From Squalus acanthias (taxonomy: Eukaryota): 64,000 nt of DNA. Of this stretch, positions 28,301 through 41,800 are shown piece after piece. The stretch covers positions 1,924,001-1,988,000 of the forward strand of contig JASTWF010000033.1 in the NCBI GenBank assembly GCA_030390025.1. Direction: 5' to 3'. The position numbers and the translations under genes are program-made. Positions within the stretch are counted from its first letter, which is position 1, and the number at the start of each line of letters is the position of its first letter. Below the pieces are notes generated by a model. The model made no database searches. It was not told where the DNA came from and was given only the letters and a program-made list of their open reading frames with translations.

Positions 28301-28493
28301 CCTTGAGGATTCTGAAAACACGGTCCGAGACGTCACGGACCCTGGCACCCGGGAGGCAACATAGCATCCTTGAGTCTCTTTTGCTGCCACAGAACCTCCT
28401 ATCTGTCCCTCTGACTATTGAGTCCGCAATAACTATTGCTCTCCTGCTCTCCCCCCTTCCCTTCTGAGCCACAGGGACGGACCCAGCGCCGGA
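25309..28493 (-). mobile_element. 5'-truncated CR1 LINE with internal inversion and deletion; ORF1 SGNH-esterase part, ORF2 APE endonuclease, RT, 3'UTR and (TTCTATGT)n-type tail
   Basis: ORF1 shows IADSIVRG...HIGTND. The endonuclease shows YFNARSIRNK, TETW, MGDFNFP and SDHN. The C-terminus reads FFTQRVVGVWNGLP. Tail is ACATAGAAACATAGAA, and GATACA is duplicated at 25303-25308 and 28494-28499. Confidence 0.93.
25645..26483 (+). mobile_element. Inverted reverse-transcriptase segment of the CR1 (GRAVDVVYMDFSKAFD...GVPQGSVLGP...FADD...RGDLI)
   Basis: RT motifs are on + while the flanking CR1 parts are on -. Confidence 0.92.
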
Positions 28494-29655
28494 GATACAA
28501 TGACAGTGGGACTCGTGGCCATTCACAGTCTGTCCCTCTCCCAGAACACCCAATCCTCCAGATAACCATCCCACGGTCTGATACAATGACAGTGGGACTC
28601 CTGGCCATTCACAGTCTGTCCCTCTCCCAGTGCACGCAGTGCTCCAGATATCCATCCCACGGTCTCATACAGTGACAGTGGGACTAGTGGCCATTCACAG
28701 TGTGTCCCTCTCCCAGTACACACAATGCTCCAGATAAACATCCCACGGTCTGATACAATGACAGTGGGACTAGTGACCATTCACAGTCTGTCCCTCTCCC
28801 AGTACACACAATCCTCCAGATAACCATCCCACGGTCTGATACAATGACAGGGTAACTAGTGGCCATTCACAGTCTGTCCCTCTCCCAGTACACACAATCC
28901 TCCAGATAACATTCCCACTGTCTGATACAATGACAGTGGGACTCCTGGCCATTCACAGTCTGTCACTCTCCCAGTACACACAATTCTCCAGATAACCATC
29001 CCACGGTCTGAGACAATGACAGTGGGACCAGTGACCATTCACAATCTGTCCCTCTCCCAGTACACACAATGCTCCCGAAAACGTTCCCACGGTCTGATAC
29101 AATGACAGTGGAACGAGTGCCCATTCACAATCTGTCCTTCTCCCAGTACACACAATCCTCCAGATAACCTTCTCACGTTCTGATACAATGACAGTGGGAC
29201 TCCTGGCCATTCACAGTCCGTCCCATTCCCAGTACACACAATCCTCCAGATAACCTTCCCACGGTCTAATACAATGAGAGTGGGACACGTGACCATTCAC
29301 AGTCTGCCCCTCTCCCAGTGCACACAATCCTCCAGATAACCATCCCACGGTCTGATACAATGACAGGTGGACTAGTGACCGTTCACAGTCTGTCCCTCTC
29401 CCAGTACACACAATCCGCCAGATAAACATCCCGCGGTCTGATATAATTACAGTGGGACTAGTGGCCATTCACAGTCTGTCCCTCGCCCAGTACACACAAT
29501 CCTCCAGATAACCATCCCACGGCCTGATACAATTACAATGGGACTCCTGGCCATTCACAGACTGTCCCTCTCCCAGTACACACAATCCTCCAGATAAACA
29601 TCCCACGGTCTGATACAATGACAGGTGGACTAGTGGCCATTCACAGTCTGTCCCT
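28494..29655 (+). repeat. 86-bp minisatellite, ~13.5 copies
   Basis: Unit CCCACGGTCTGATACAATGACAGTGGGACTAGTGGCCATTCACAGTCTGTCCCTCTCCCAGTACACACAATCCTCCAGATAACCAT. ORF ends step by 86 bp. Confidence 0.95.
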
Positions 29656-30047
29656 ATCCTTCTCGTTTCTTCTAGCTACTCCCTTGGAAGATTGATCAAT
29701 GAGATCCACTACTGTTGTATAACCAGGGTCGTGTGTGGATTTGTAATCACATATCTACAGTACAAAGCAGCGCTGATGGCATTAACTATCAAAGGGAAAA
29801 TATCACTCTCAGAAGTCTCCATGTTCAGTGAATATTAGAATCAAGTGAGAATTTGAAACACATTTTGGCCATTGTTCACTTTCCAGCGAGGTTTGCATTA
29901 ACTGAGTTTTAATTTCTGCATGCATCTCTATTGAAGCTGCGAATTAAATCTTGCAATATTTTACTGAATAGTGAAATGGTATTGAGAAGTTTTTTTTTGT
30001 CAATACAACGAATACTGAGAACCACTTTCTGTCTCTTCTAATTGAAG

Positions 30048-30432
30048 ATGTTCAACAGAAACACAAGGAAACACTCCGGGTACAAACTGAAACACTGATA
30101 GTGAACACTATCCTAATAAAGGAGAAGGTTAAGATTTTCCAGCTGGTTGATCGATACGCTGATCTAACGGTCATTTCTACTGTGCGAGATCGGACACTTG
30201 TAGAACATGAACTGCTGGCAAGAGGCCGAGACCATGAAGAGTGGAGAAAGCAACATCTCCGGGGAGAGCTGGAAAAAATCCGAACTGATCAATTGTTCCA
30301 GAGCAGTTTTTCACGGAGAAAATCCAATTCTGGGAGTTCAGGAGCAGTGAGCGGAGTCCCGGGGTTTGGAAAAACAACAATGGTGCAAAAGATTGTTCAT
30401 GACTTGGCCACTGGGAAAATATACCCACACTT
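30048..30432 (+). pseudogene. Truncated duplicate of the NLR NACHT exon 5' part (to just past Walker A), fused to the 22-bp satellite
   Basis: Acceptor TTTCTGTCTCTTCTAATTGAAG|ATG, then VQQKHKETLR...GVPGFGKTTMVQKIVHDLATGKIYPH, then satellite. Confidence 0.9.
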
Positions 30433-33400
30433 CACAGACTCAGACAGCTACATTTACAGACCCAGACAGCTCGATTCACCGACCCAGACAACTCCATTCA
30501 CAGACTCAGAGAGCTCCATTCACAGACCCAGGCAGCTCCATTCACATACCCAGACAACTCCATTCACAAACCCAGGTAGCTCCATTCAAAAATCCAGAAA
30601 GCTCATTTCACTGACCCAGACAACTCCATTTAGAGACTCAGACAGCTCCAATCACAGACCCAGACAGCTCCATTCAGAGACTCAGACAGCTCCATTCACA
30701 GACCCAGACAGCTCCATTCAAAGAACCAGACAACTCCATTCACAGACTAAGACAGCTCCATTCACAGAACGAGACAGCTGCATTCACAGACTCAGACAGC
30801 TCCATTCACAGACACAGACAGCTCGATTCACCGACCCAGACAACTCCATTCACAGATTCAGACAGCTCCATTCACATACTCAGAAAGTTCATTTCAGACA
30901 CCTAGATAAAACCATTCACATACCCAGACAGATCCATTCACAGACTCAGACAGCTCCATTCACAGACTCCGAAAGTTCATTTCACAGATCCAGACAGCTC
31001 CATTCACAGACCCAGACAGATCTATTCACAGACTCAGACAGCTCCATTCACAGACACAGACAACTCCATTCACAAACCCAGACAGCTCCATTTACAGACA
31101 TGGAAAGCTGATTTGAAAAAAACAGACAGCTCATTTCACGAACAGATTCAGACAATTCATTTGACAGACCCAGACATCTCCATTCAGAGACTCAGAAAGC
31201 TCATTTCAGACACTCAGACAGCTCCATTCAAAGATCCAGACGACTGACTTCAAAGACTCTGAAAGCTCAGGTCACAGACCCAGACAGCTCCATTAACAAC
31301 GTCAGACAGCTCTATTCACAGACCCAGACATCTCCATTTTCAGACCCAGACAGCTTATTCACAGACACAGACAGTTCCATTCACAGATCCAGACAGCTCC
31401 ATTTACAGACTCAGACAGCTCCATTCACAGACCCAGACAGCTCCATTCACAGACCTAGACAGCTCAATTCACAGACCCAGACAGCTCATTCACCGACACA
31501 GATAGCTTCATTCACAGACCCAAACAGCACCATTCTCAGATTCAGACAGCTCCATTCACAGATCCAGACAGCTCATTCACAGACACAGATAGATCCATTC
31601 ACAGACCCAAACAGCACCATTCACAGACTCAGACAGCTCCATTCACAGACCCAGACAGCACCATTCACAGACCCAGACAGCTCCATTCACAGACCCAGAC
31701 AGCTCCATTCACAGACCCAGACAGCTCCATTCACAAACTAAGACAGCTCCATTCACAGACCCAGACAGCTCGATTCACCGACCCAGACAACTCAATTCAC
31801 AGACTCAGACAGCTCCATTCACAGACCCAGACAGCTCCATTCACAGACCCAGACAGCTCCATTCACAAACTAAGACAGCTCCATTCACAGACCCAGACAG
31901 CTCGATTCACCGACCCAGACAACTCAATTCACAGACTCAGACAGCTCCATTCACAGACCCAGACAGCTCCATTCACAGACCCAGACAAATCCATTTTCAG
32001 ACCCAGACAGCTCATTTCACAGACTCAGACAGCTCCATTCACAAATCCAGACAGCTCATTCACAGACACAGATAGCTCCATTCACAGACCCAAACAGCAC
32101 CATTCACAGACTCAGACAGCTCCATTCACAGACCCAGACAGCTCCATTCACAGACCCTGAAAGCTCAATTCACAGACTCAGACAGCTCCATTCACAGACC
32201 CAGACAGCTCGATTCACCGACCCAAACAACTCCATTCACAGACTCAGACAGCTCCATTCACAGACCCAGACAGCTCCATTGACGAGAGTTCTTCGACCTG
32301 AAACGTTAACTCAGTTTCTCTCTCCACGGATTGTGCCTGGCCTGCAGAGTTTTCCAGCGTTTTCTGTTGTTAGATTCATTCACAGATTCAGACAGCTCCA
32401 TTCACAGACTCAGAAAGTTAATTTCAGAGAACTAGATAGCACCATTCACAGACACAGACAGTTCCATTCACAGACCCAGACAGCTCCATTCACAGACTCC
32501 GAAAGTTCATTTCACAGATCCAGACAGCTCCATTCACAGACACAGACAGATCCATTCACAGACTCAGACAGCTCCATTCACAGACCCAGACAACTCCATT
32601 CACAAACACAGACAGCTCCATTTACAGACCCAGACATCTGTATTTACAGGCACACGCAGCTCCATTCACAGACATGGACAGCTCCATTCACAGACTCAGA
32701 CAGCTTCTTTCACAGACCCAGACAGCTCCATTCACTGACCCAGACAGCTCATTCACAGACACAGATAGCTACATTCACAGACTCAGACAGCTCTATTCAC
32801 AGACCCAGACAGCTCCATTCACAGACCCAGATAACTCCATACACAGATTGAGAAAGCTCCATTTACAGACTCTGGCACCTCCATTCACAGACACAGACAG
32901 CTCCATCACAGACTCAAACCGCTCCATTTACAGACCCAGTGAGCTCCATTTACTGACTCTGACAGCTCAATTCACAGACCCATGCAGCTCCATTCACAGA
33001 CCCAGACAACTCATTGCACAGACTCAGTCAGCTCAATTCACAGACCCTGACATCACAATTCACAAAGCCAGCCAGCTCCATTCACAGAGCCAGCCAGCTC
33101 CATTCATAGACTCAGACAGCTCCATTCACAGACCCAGACAACTCCATTCACAAACACAGACAGCTCCATTTACAGACCCAGACAGCTGTATTTACAGGCA
33201 CTCGCAGCTCCATTCACAGACATGGACAGCTCCATTCACCGACTCAGACAGCTTCTTTCACAGACCCAGACAGCTCCATTCACAGAACGAGTCAGCTCCA
33301 TTTACAGACTCTGGCAGCTCCATTCACAGACTCAGACAGCTCCATTCACTGACCCAGACAGCTCATTCACAGACACAGATAGCTACATTCACAGACTCAG

Positions 33401-36179
33401 ACAGCTCTATTCACAGACCCAGACAGCTCCATTCACAGACCCAGATAACTCCATACACAGACTGAGACAGCTCCAGTTACAGACTCTGGCACCTCCATTC
33501 ACAGACACAGACAGCTCCATCACAGACTCAAACCGCTCCATTTACAGACCCAAACAGCTCCATTTACAAACCCAGAGAGCTCCACTTACTGACTCTGACA
33601 GCTCAATTCACAGACCCATGCAGCTCCATTCACAGACCCAGACAGCTCCATTCACAGACCTAGACAGCTCAATTCACAGACCCAGACAGCTCATTCACCG
33701 ACACAGATAGCTTCATTCACAGACCCAAACAGCACCATTCTCAGATTCAGACAGCTCCATTCACAGATCCAGACAGCTCATTCACAGACACAGATAGATC
33801 CATTCACAGACCCAAACAGCACCATTCACAGACTCAGACAGCTCCATTCACAGACCCAGACAGCACCATTCACAGACCCAGACAGCTCCATTCACAGACC
33901 CAGACAGCTCCATTCACAGACCCAGACAGCTCCATTCACAAACTAAGACAGCTCCATTCACAGACCCAGACAGCTCGATTCACCGACCCAGACAACTCAA
34001 TTCACAGACTCAGACAGCTCCATTCACAGACCCAGACAGCTCCATTCACAGACCCAGACAAATCCATTTTCAGACCCAGACAGCACATTTCACAGACTCA
34101 GACAGCTCATTCACAGACACAGACAGTTCCATTCACAGACCCAAACAGCACCATTCTCAGACTCAGACAGCTCCATTCACAAATCCAGACAGCTCATTCA
34201 CAGACACAGATAGCTCCATTCACAGACCCAAACAGCACCATTCACAGACTCAGACAGCTCCATTCACAGACCCAGATAGCTCCATTCAAAGACCCAGACA
34301 GCTCCATTCACAGACCCTGAAAGCTCCATTCACAGACCCAGACAGCTCCATTCACAGACTCAGACAGCTCCATTCACAGACCCAGACAGCTCGATTCACC
34401 GACCCAAACAACTCCATTCACAGACTCAGACAGCTCCATTCACAGACCCAGACAGCTCCATTGACGAGAGTTCTTCGACCTGAAACGTTAACTCAGTTTC
34501 TCTCTCCACGGATTGTGCCTGGCCTGCAGAGTTTTCCAGCGTTTTCTGTTGTTAGATTCATTCACAGATTCAGACAGCTCCATTCACAGACTCAGAAAGT
34601 TAATTTCAGAGAACTAGATAGCACCATTCACAGACACAGAAAGTTCCATTCACAGACCCAGACAGCTCCATTCACAGACTCCGAAAGTTCATTTCACAGA
34701 TCCAGACAGCTCCATTCACAGACACAGACAGATCCATTCACAGACTCAGACAGCTCCATTCACAGACCCAGACAACTCCATTCACAAACACAGACAGCTC
34801 CATTTACAGACCCAGACATCTGTATTTACAGGCACACGCAGCTCCATTCACAGACATGGACAGCTCCATTCACAGACTCAGACAGCTTCTTTCACAGACC
34901 CAGACAGCTCCATTCACAGACCGAGTCAGCTCCATTCACAGACTCAGACAGCTTCTTTCACAGACCCAGACAGCTCCATTCACTGACCCAGACAGCTCAT
35001 TCACAGACACAGATAGCTACATTCACAGACTCAGACAGCTCTATTCACAGACCCAGACAGCTCCATTCACAGACCCAGATAACTCCATACACAGATTGAG
35101 AAAGCTCCATTTACAGACTCTGGCACCTCCATTCACAGACACAGACAGCTTCATCACAGACTCAAACCGCTCCATTTACAGACCCAGTGAGCTCCATTTA
35201 CTGACTCTGACAGCTCAATTCACAGACCCATGCAGCTCCATTCACAGACCCAGACAACTCATTGCACAGACTCAGTCAGCTCAATTCACAGACCCTGACA
35301 TCACAATTCACAGAGCCAGCCAGCTCCATTCACAGAGCCAGCCAGCTCCATTCACAGACTCAGACAGCTCCATTCACAGACCCAGACAACTCCATTCACA
35401 AACACAGACAGCTCCATTTACAGACCCAGACAGCTGTATTTACAGGCACTCGCAGCTCCATTCACAGACATGGACAGCTCCATTCACCGACTCAGACAGC
35501 TCCATTCACAGACTCAGACAGCTCCATTCACAGACCCAGACAACTCCATTCACAAACACAGACAGCTCCATTTACAGACCCAGACAGCTGTATTTACAGG
35601 CACTCGCAGCTCCATTCACAGACATGGACAGCTCCATTCACCGACTCAGACAGCTTCTTTCACAGACCCAGACAGCTCCATTCACAGAGCGAGTCAGCTC
35701 CATTCACAGACTCAGACAGCTCCATTCACTGACCCAGACAGCTCATTCACAGACACAGATAGCTGCATTCACAGACTCAGACAGCTCTATTCACAGACCC
35801 AGACAGCTCCATTCACAGACCCAGATAACTCCATACACAGACTGAGACAGCTCCAGTTACAGACTCTGGCACCTCCATTCACAGACACAGACAGCTCCAT
35901 CACAGACTCAAACCGCTCCATTTACAGACCCAAACAGCTCCATTTACAAACCCAGAGAGCTCCACTTACTGACTCTGACAGCTCAATTCACAGACCCATG
36001 CAGCTCCATTCACAGACCCAGACAACTCATTGCACAGACTCAGTCAGCTCAATTCACATACCCTGACATCACAATTCACAGAGCCAGAAAGCTGCATTCA
36101 CAGACACAGACAGTGCCATTCACAGACCCAGAAAGCTAATTTCACAGACCAGACAGCTCTATACACAGACTCAGAAAGC
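30431..36179 (+). repeat. 22-bp satellite (duplicate of 16797-22676)
   Basis: Same variant order as 16797-22676. Inserts at 32281 and 34463. Confidence 0.96.
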
Positions 36180-37118
36180 CCACACTCACCTAGCAGGATC
36201 CTGATACACTGTGAAATCCCATACACACCTGGCAGGACCCTGATACACTGTGAAACCCCATGGACACCTGGCAGGATCCTGATACACTGTGAAACCCCAT
36301 ACACACCTGGCAGGATCCTGATACACTTTGAAACCCCTTACACACCTGGCAGGATCCTGATACACTGTGAAACCCCATACACACTTGGCAGGAGCCTGAT
36401 ACACTGTGAAACCCCAAACACACCTGGCAGGATTCTGATACACTGTGAAAACCCATACACACCTGACAGGCTCCTGATACACTGTGAAACCCCATACACA
36501 CCTGGCAGGATCCTGATATACTGTGAAACCCCATACACACCTGGCAGGATCCTGATACACTGTGAAACCCCATACACACCTGGCAGGATCTGATACACTG
36601 TGAAACCCCATACACACCTGGCAGGATCCTGATGCACTGTGAAACCACATACACACCTGGCAAGATCTGCAACACTGAGACCCCATACACACCTGTCAGG
36701 ATCCTGATACACTGTGAAACCCCATACACACCTGGCAGGATCCTGATACACTGTGAAACCCCAAACACACCTGGCAGGATCCTGATACACTGTGAAACCC
36801 CATACACACCTGGCAGGATCCTGATACACTGTGAAACCCCATACACAACTGACAGGATCCTGATACACTGTGAAACCGCATACACACCTGGCAGGATCCT
36901 GATTCACTGTGAAACCCCATAGACACCTGGCAGAATTCTGATACAATGTGAAACCCCATACACACCTGGCAGGATCCTGATACATTGTGAAACCCCATAC
37001 ACACCTGCCTGGATCCTGATAAACTGTGAAACCCCATACACACCTGGCAGGATCCTGATACACTGAAACCAAATACACACCTGGCAGGATCATGATACAC
37101 TGTGAAACCCCATACACA
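36180..37118 (+). repeat. 39-bp minisatellite (duplicate)
   Basis: Matches 22677-23615. Confidence 0.95.
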
Positions 37119-38087
37119 TCAGCTGCTATTCCAATATACAGTCAATCTTAATACAAACTTTCTATGTGCCACGCAGAATCTCTGGGATCATAAATTGCCA
37201 TGAGCTGGATAGTCAGGGTTTCCTGCTCCCAGAGAATTCTGTCCCACCATAAAGTGTTGGGAAAGAGATGGAGACATGCGTAACAGCAAAATGTTACCGC
37301 TTCTCAGCACAAAATAAGATGTCGGAAAGTGGTATTTCCGATCTGAGAAGATGTACTGATGTTCACACAATGGAACATTAATCCGTGTAGAAATGTGAGA
37401 AATGTACAATGTTCCGGGTGACTAGGAAGTTATTGGTTATCTTCATAATGTTAGTGAAATCTTCTCTAAGATTAGTCCTTAAATTAAGGAGCTTTTTTAA
37501 CCCAATTTAATGACGAACGGAAAGACATTTGTAATTTCCCAAATCTTCAGTATAAGAAACTTATACCAAAATGAAAAAAACGGAGTGTAATTATTGGTCG
37601 ACCAGTTCAAATCGACGGCGAATGTTTTCTGCTCTAACATTACACTGACTGAATTAGGCGGCAATTCTATTTCTAATTCTAATCTGTGATATAACAGATC
37701 TGTTATAAAAACATATTCAGTGATTGTATGTGTAAAACAGCTGAAAAATTGTTGGCAATTTCAGATATTCAATGTAATCGGAGAATGATTAGGGACAGGA
37801 AAATACCATTCGGGTCAATCAGTCTGTCCCTGTTTGAGAGATGAAGCCACCTAACCCTCCTCTCAGAGTATCCACAAAAACACGCTCAATTTTCTCTAGA
37901 CCCCACTTACAGTGCACTTTAGTGTCCTTCCCTGGTAACTGGTCTCCCCGCTCTAATACGCATTGGGAGATAAAAGTTCCCTGATTTCCATTCTTACTTC
38001 TGATTTTCAATTGTCTCCGTTATTAATTATTTTGGTACTTGTTTCCTGCACTAATGTTGTGAATTCCATTAAAACATTTCAAACATT

Positions 38088-38553
38088 TCCGCCAATGTTA
38101 GAGCGATGAAAATCGGAGATGCACAAGAGGCCAGAATTGGAGGAGCGCAGAGATCTCTGAGGATGATAGGGCTGGAGGTTACAGAGAGAGGGAGGAAAAA
38201 GACCATGAAACAATTAAAAATAGGAATGAGAAATTTAAAACTAAGGCGTTGTTGGATCAGGAGCAAATGTAGCTCAGCGAGCGCAGGGGGTGATGGGTGA
38301 ACGGGACTTGGTGCAATTAGAATATGGGCAGCAGAGTTTTGAATTAGCTCAAGATTACGGAGGGTACATCGTGGAAGGCTGACCAGGAGATCATTGGAAT
38401 AGTTGAGTCTGGATGTAACAAAGGTATTGATGAGAGTTTCAGCAGCAGATGAGTTGAGGCAGCAGCGGAGATGAGCAATGCTTTGGAGGTGGAAGAAGGC
38501 AGTCTTGGTGATGAACAAGATATCAGGTCGGAACATTAGCTGAGGGTCAAATA
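38088..38553 (-). mobile_element. L2 LINE 3' fragment (duplicate)
   Basis: Same ORF as 24566-25033. Confidence 0.8.
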
Positions 38554-38811
38554 AGCCCCGATTAGGACTTCTGACAACTTAGTCTGTTTCACACCCAGTT
38601 CAAACAATACCGCAGCTGACATGCCCACGGTCTGAGACAGGAAGAGTGGACCTTCTGACCATTTTCAGTCTGTCCCTCTCCCAGTACACACAATGCTCCA
38701 GATAACCTTTCCACGGACTGATACGATGACAGTGGGACTACTGGCCATTCACAGTCTGTCCCTCTCCCAGTACACACAATCCTCCAGATAACCATCCCAC
38801 GGACTGATACA

Positions 38812-41800
38812 TAGAAACATAGAACAGTACAGCACAGTACAGGCCCTTCGGCCCTCGATGTTGTGCCGAGCATTGTCCGAGACCAAGATCAAGCTATCCC
38901 ACTCCCTATCACTCTGGTGTGCTCCATGTGCTTATCCAATAACCGCTTGAAAGTTCCTAAAGTTTCCGACTCCACTATCACAGCAGGCAGTCCATTCCAC
39001 ACCCCAACCACTCTCTGAGTAAAGAATCTACCTCGGACATACCTTCTATATCTCCCCCCATGCACCTTATAGTTATGCCCCCTTGTAACAGCTGCCTCTA
39101 CCCGAGGAAATAGTCTGTGAACATCCACTCTATCTATCCCCCTCATCAGGTAGAGCAGTTGATGTCGTATACATGGATTTTAGTAAGGCGTTTGATAAGG
39201 TTCCCCATGGTCGTCTCATGAAGAAAGTAAGGAGTTGTGGGATAGAGGGAAATTTGGCCGATTGGATAAGTAACTGGCTATCTCATAGAAGGCAGAGGGT
39301 GGTGGTGGATGGAACATTTTCGGACTGGAGACCAGTTACCAGCGGTGTGCCACAGGGGTCGGTGCTGGGTCCTCTGCTGTTTGTGATTTTTATCAATGAC
39401 TTGGAGGAGGGGACTGAAGGGTGGATCAGTAAATTTGCTGATGACACCAAGATTGGTGGAGTAGTGGATGAGGTGGAGGGCAGTTGTAGGCTGCAAAGAG
39501 ACATTGATAGGATGCAGAGCTGGGCCGAAAAATGGCAGATGGAATTTAACCCTGATAAGTGCGAGGTGATTCATTTTGGTAGGGCAAATTTGAATAAGGA
39601 TTACAGGGTGAACGGCAGGGTTCTGAGGAACGTGGAGGAGCAGAGGGATCTGGGGGTTCATATCCACAGATCTCTGAAGGTTGCCACTCAAGTGGATAGA
39701 GCAGTAAAGAAGGCCTATGGTGTGTTGGCGTTTATTAACAGAGGGTTTGAGTTTAAGAACAGTGAGGTTATGCTGCAACTATACAGGACCTTGGTGAGAC
39801 CACATTTGGAATATTGTGTGCAGTTCTGGTCACCTCACTATAGGAAGGACGTGGAAGCATTGGAAAGAGTGCAAAGGAGATTTACCAGGATGCTGCCTGG
39901 TTTGGGGGGGGAGGTCTTATGAGGAAAGATTGAGGGAGTTGGGGCTTTTCTCTTTAGAGCGGAGGAGGATGAGAGGCGACTTAATAGGATATATCCCATC
40001 TGGCCCAGGGGACTTATCGACCCTCAGGTTCTTCAAAATTGCTAAAACATCTTCCCACAGAACATCTACCACCTCCAGCCTATCCACCTTTATCACACTC
40101 TCATCCTCAAGAACATGGCCCCTCTCCTCGGTGAATACTGACGAAAAGTATTCATTCATCACCTCTCCTATCTCTTCTGACTCCATGCACAAGTTCCCAC
40201 TACTGTCCTTGACCGGCCCTACACTCACCCTGGTCATTCTTTTATTTCTCACATAAGAGTAAAAAGCCTTGGGGTTTTTCTTGATCCGACCCGCCAAGGA
40301 CTTCTCATGCCCCCTCCTAGCTCTCCTAAGCTCTTTTTTTAGCTCATTCCTTGCTACCTTGTACCCCTCAATCGACCCAACTGAACCTTGTTTTCTCATC
40401 CTTACATACGCTTCCTTTTTCCTCTTGACTAGACATTCAACCTCTTTTGTGAACCATGGTTCTCTCACTCGGCCATTTCCTCCCTGCCTGACAGGGACAT
40501 ACCTATCAAGGACACGCAGTAATTGCTCCATGAAAAAGCTCCAATTTTCGTTTGTGCCTTTCCCTGATAGTTTCCGTTCCCATCTTATGCTCCCTAATTC
40601 TTGCCTAATCGCATCATAATTACCCCTCCCCCAATTATAAACCCTGCCCTGCCGTATGGCCCTATCCCTCTCCATTGCAATAGTGAAAGTTACCGAATTG
40701 TGGTCACTATCTCCAAAGTGCTCTCCCACATACAAATCAAACACTTGGCCCGGTTCATTACCCAGTACCAAATCCAACGTGGCCCCACCTCTTGTCGGCC
40801 TATCTACATATTGTGTCAGGAAACCCTCCTGCACACACTGTGCAAAAACTATCCCATCCGAACTGTTTGACCTATAAAGGTTCCAATCAATATTTGGAAA
40901 GTTGAAGTCACCCATGACAACTACTCTGTGACCTCCACACCTATTCATAATCTGCTTTGCAATTTCTTCCTCCACATCTCTATTACTATTTGGGGGCCTG
41001 TAGAAAACTCCTAACAACGTGACCGCTCCTTTCCTATTTCTAACTTCAGCCCATATTACCTCAGACGGCAGATCACCCTCGAACTGCCTTTCTGCCGCTG
41101 TTAAACTATCCTTGATTAACAATGCTACTCCTCCACCTTTCTTACCACCTTCCCTACTCTTACTGAAACATCTATACCCCGAAACTTCCAACAACCATTC
41201 CTGTCCCTGTTCTAACCATGTCTCCGTGCTGGCCACCACATCGTAGTCCCAAGTACCAATCCACGCTCCAAGTTCTCCTACCTTATTCCGGATGCTCCTT
41301 GCATTGAAGTAGACACACTTCAAGCCATCTTCCTGTCTGCCGTTACATTCCTGCGACCTTGATACCCTCCTCAGTACCTCCCTACACTCACCACTGGCTC
41401 CTGGACTACAGCCCTTTTTCCCATCCCCCTGACAAATTAGTTTAAACCCCCCCGAAGAGCCGTAGCAAATTTCCCTCCCAGGATATTGGTGCCCCTCTGG
41501 TTCAGGTGCAAACCGTCCTGTTTGTACAGGTCCCACCTTCCCCAAAATTTGCTCCAATTATCCACATAACTGAAACCCTCCCCCCTACACCATCCCTACA
41601 GCCACGTGTTTATCTGCACTCTCTCCCTGTTCCTCAACTCGCTAGCACGTGCCACCGGCAACAAAGCAGAGATTACAACATGGTTTGTACTGGCTCTCAG
41701 CTTCCAACCTAGCTCCCTAAATTCCTGTTTTAAATCCCCGTCCCTTCTCCTACCTATGTCGTTGGTACCGATGTGTACCACGACTTGTGATTGTTCCCCC

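Noticed and set aside
28494..29655. 86-bp repeat as a decayed C2H2 zinc-finger array (GGCCATTCAC resembles the linker; period near 84)
   Set aside because: The period is not a multiple of 3 and no frame shows CxxC/HxxxH spacing. The resemblance is too short.
37119..38087. Upstream NLR effector-domain (CARD/PYD/death) exon in the AT-rich unique segment
   Set aside because: No convincing open frame, domain motif or splice-site pair was recognised by eye.
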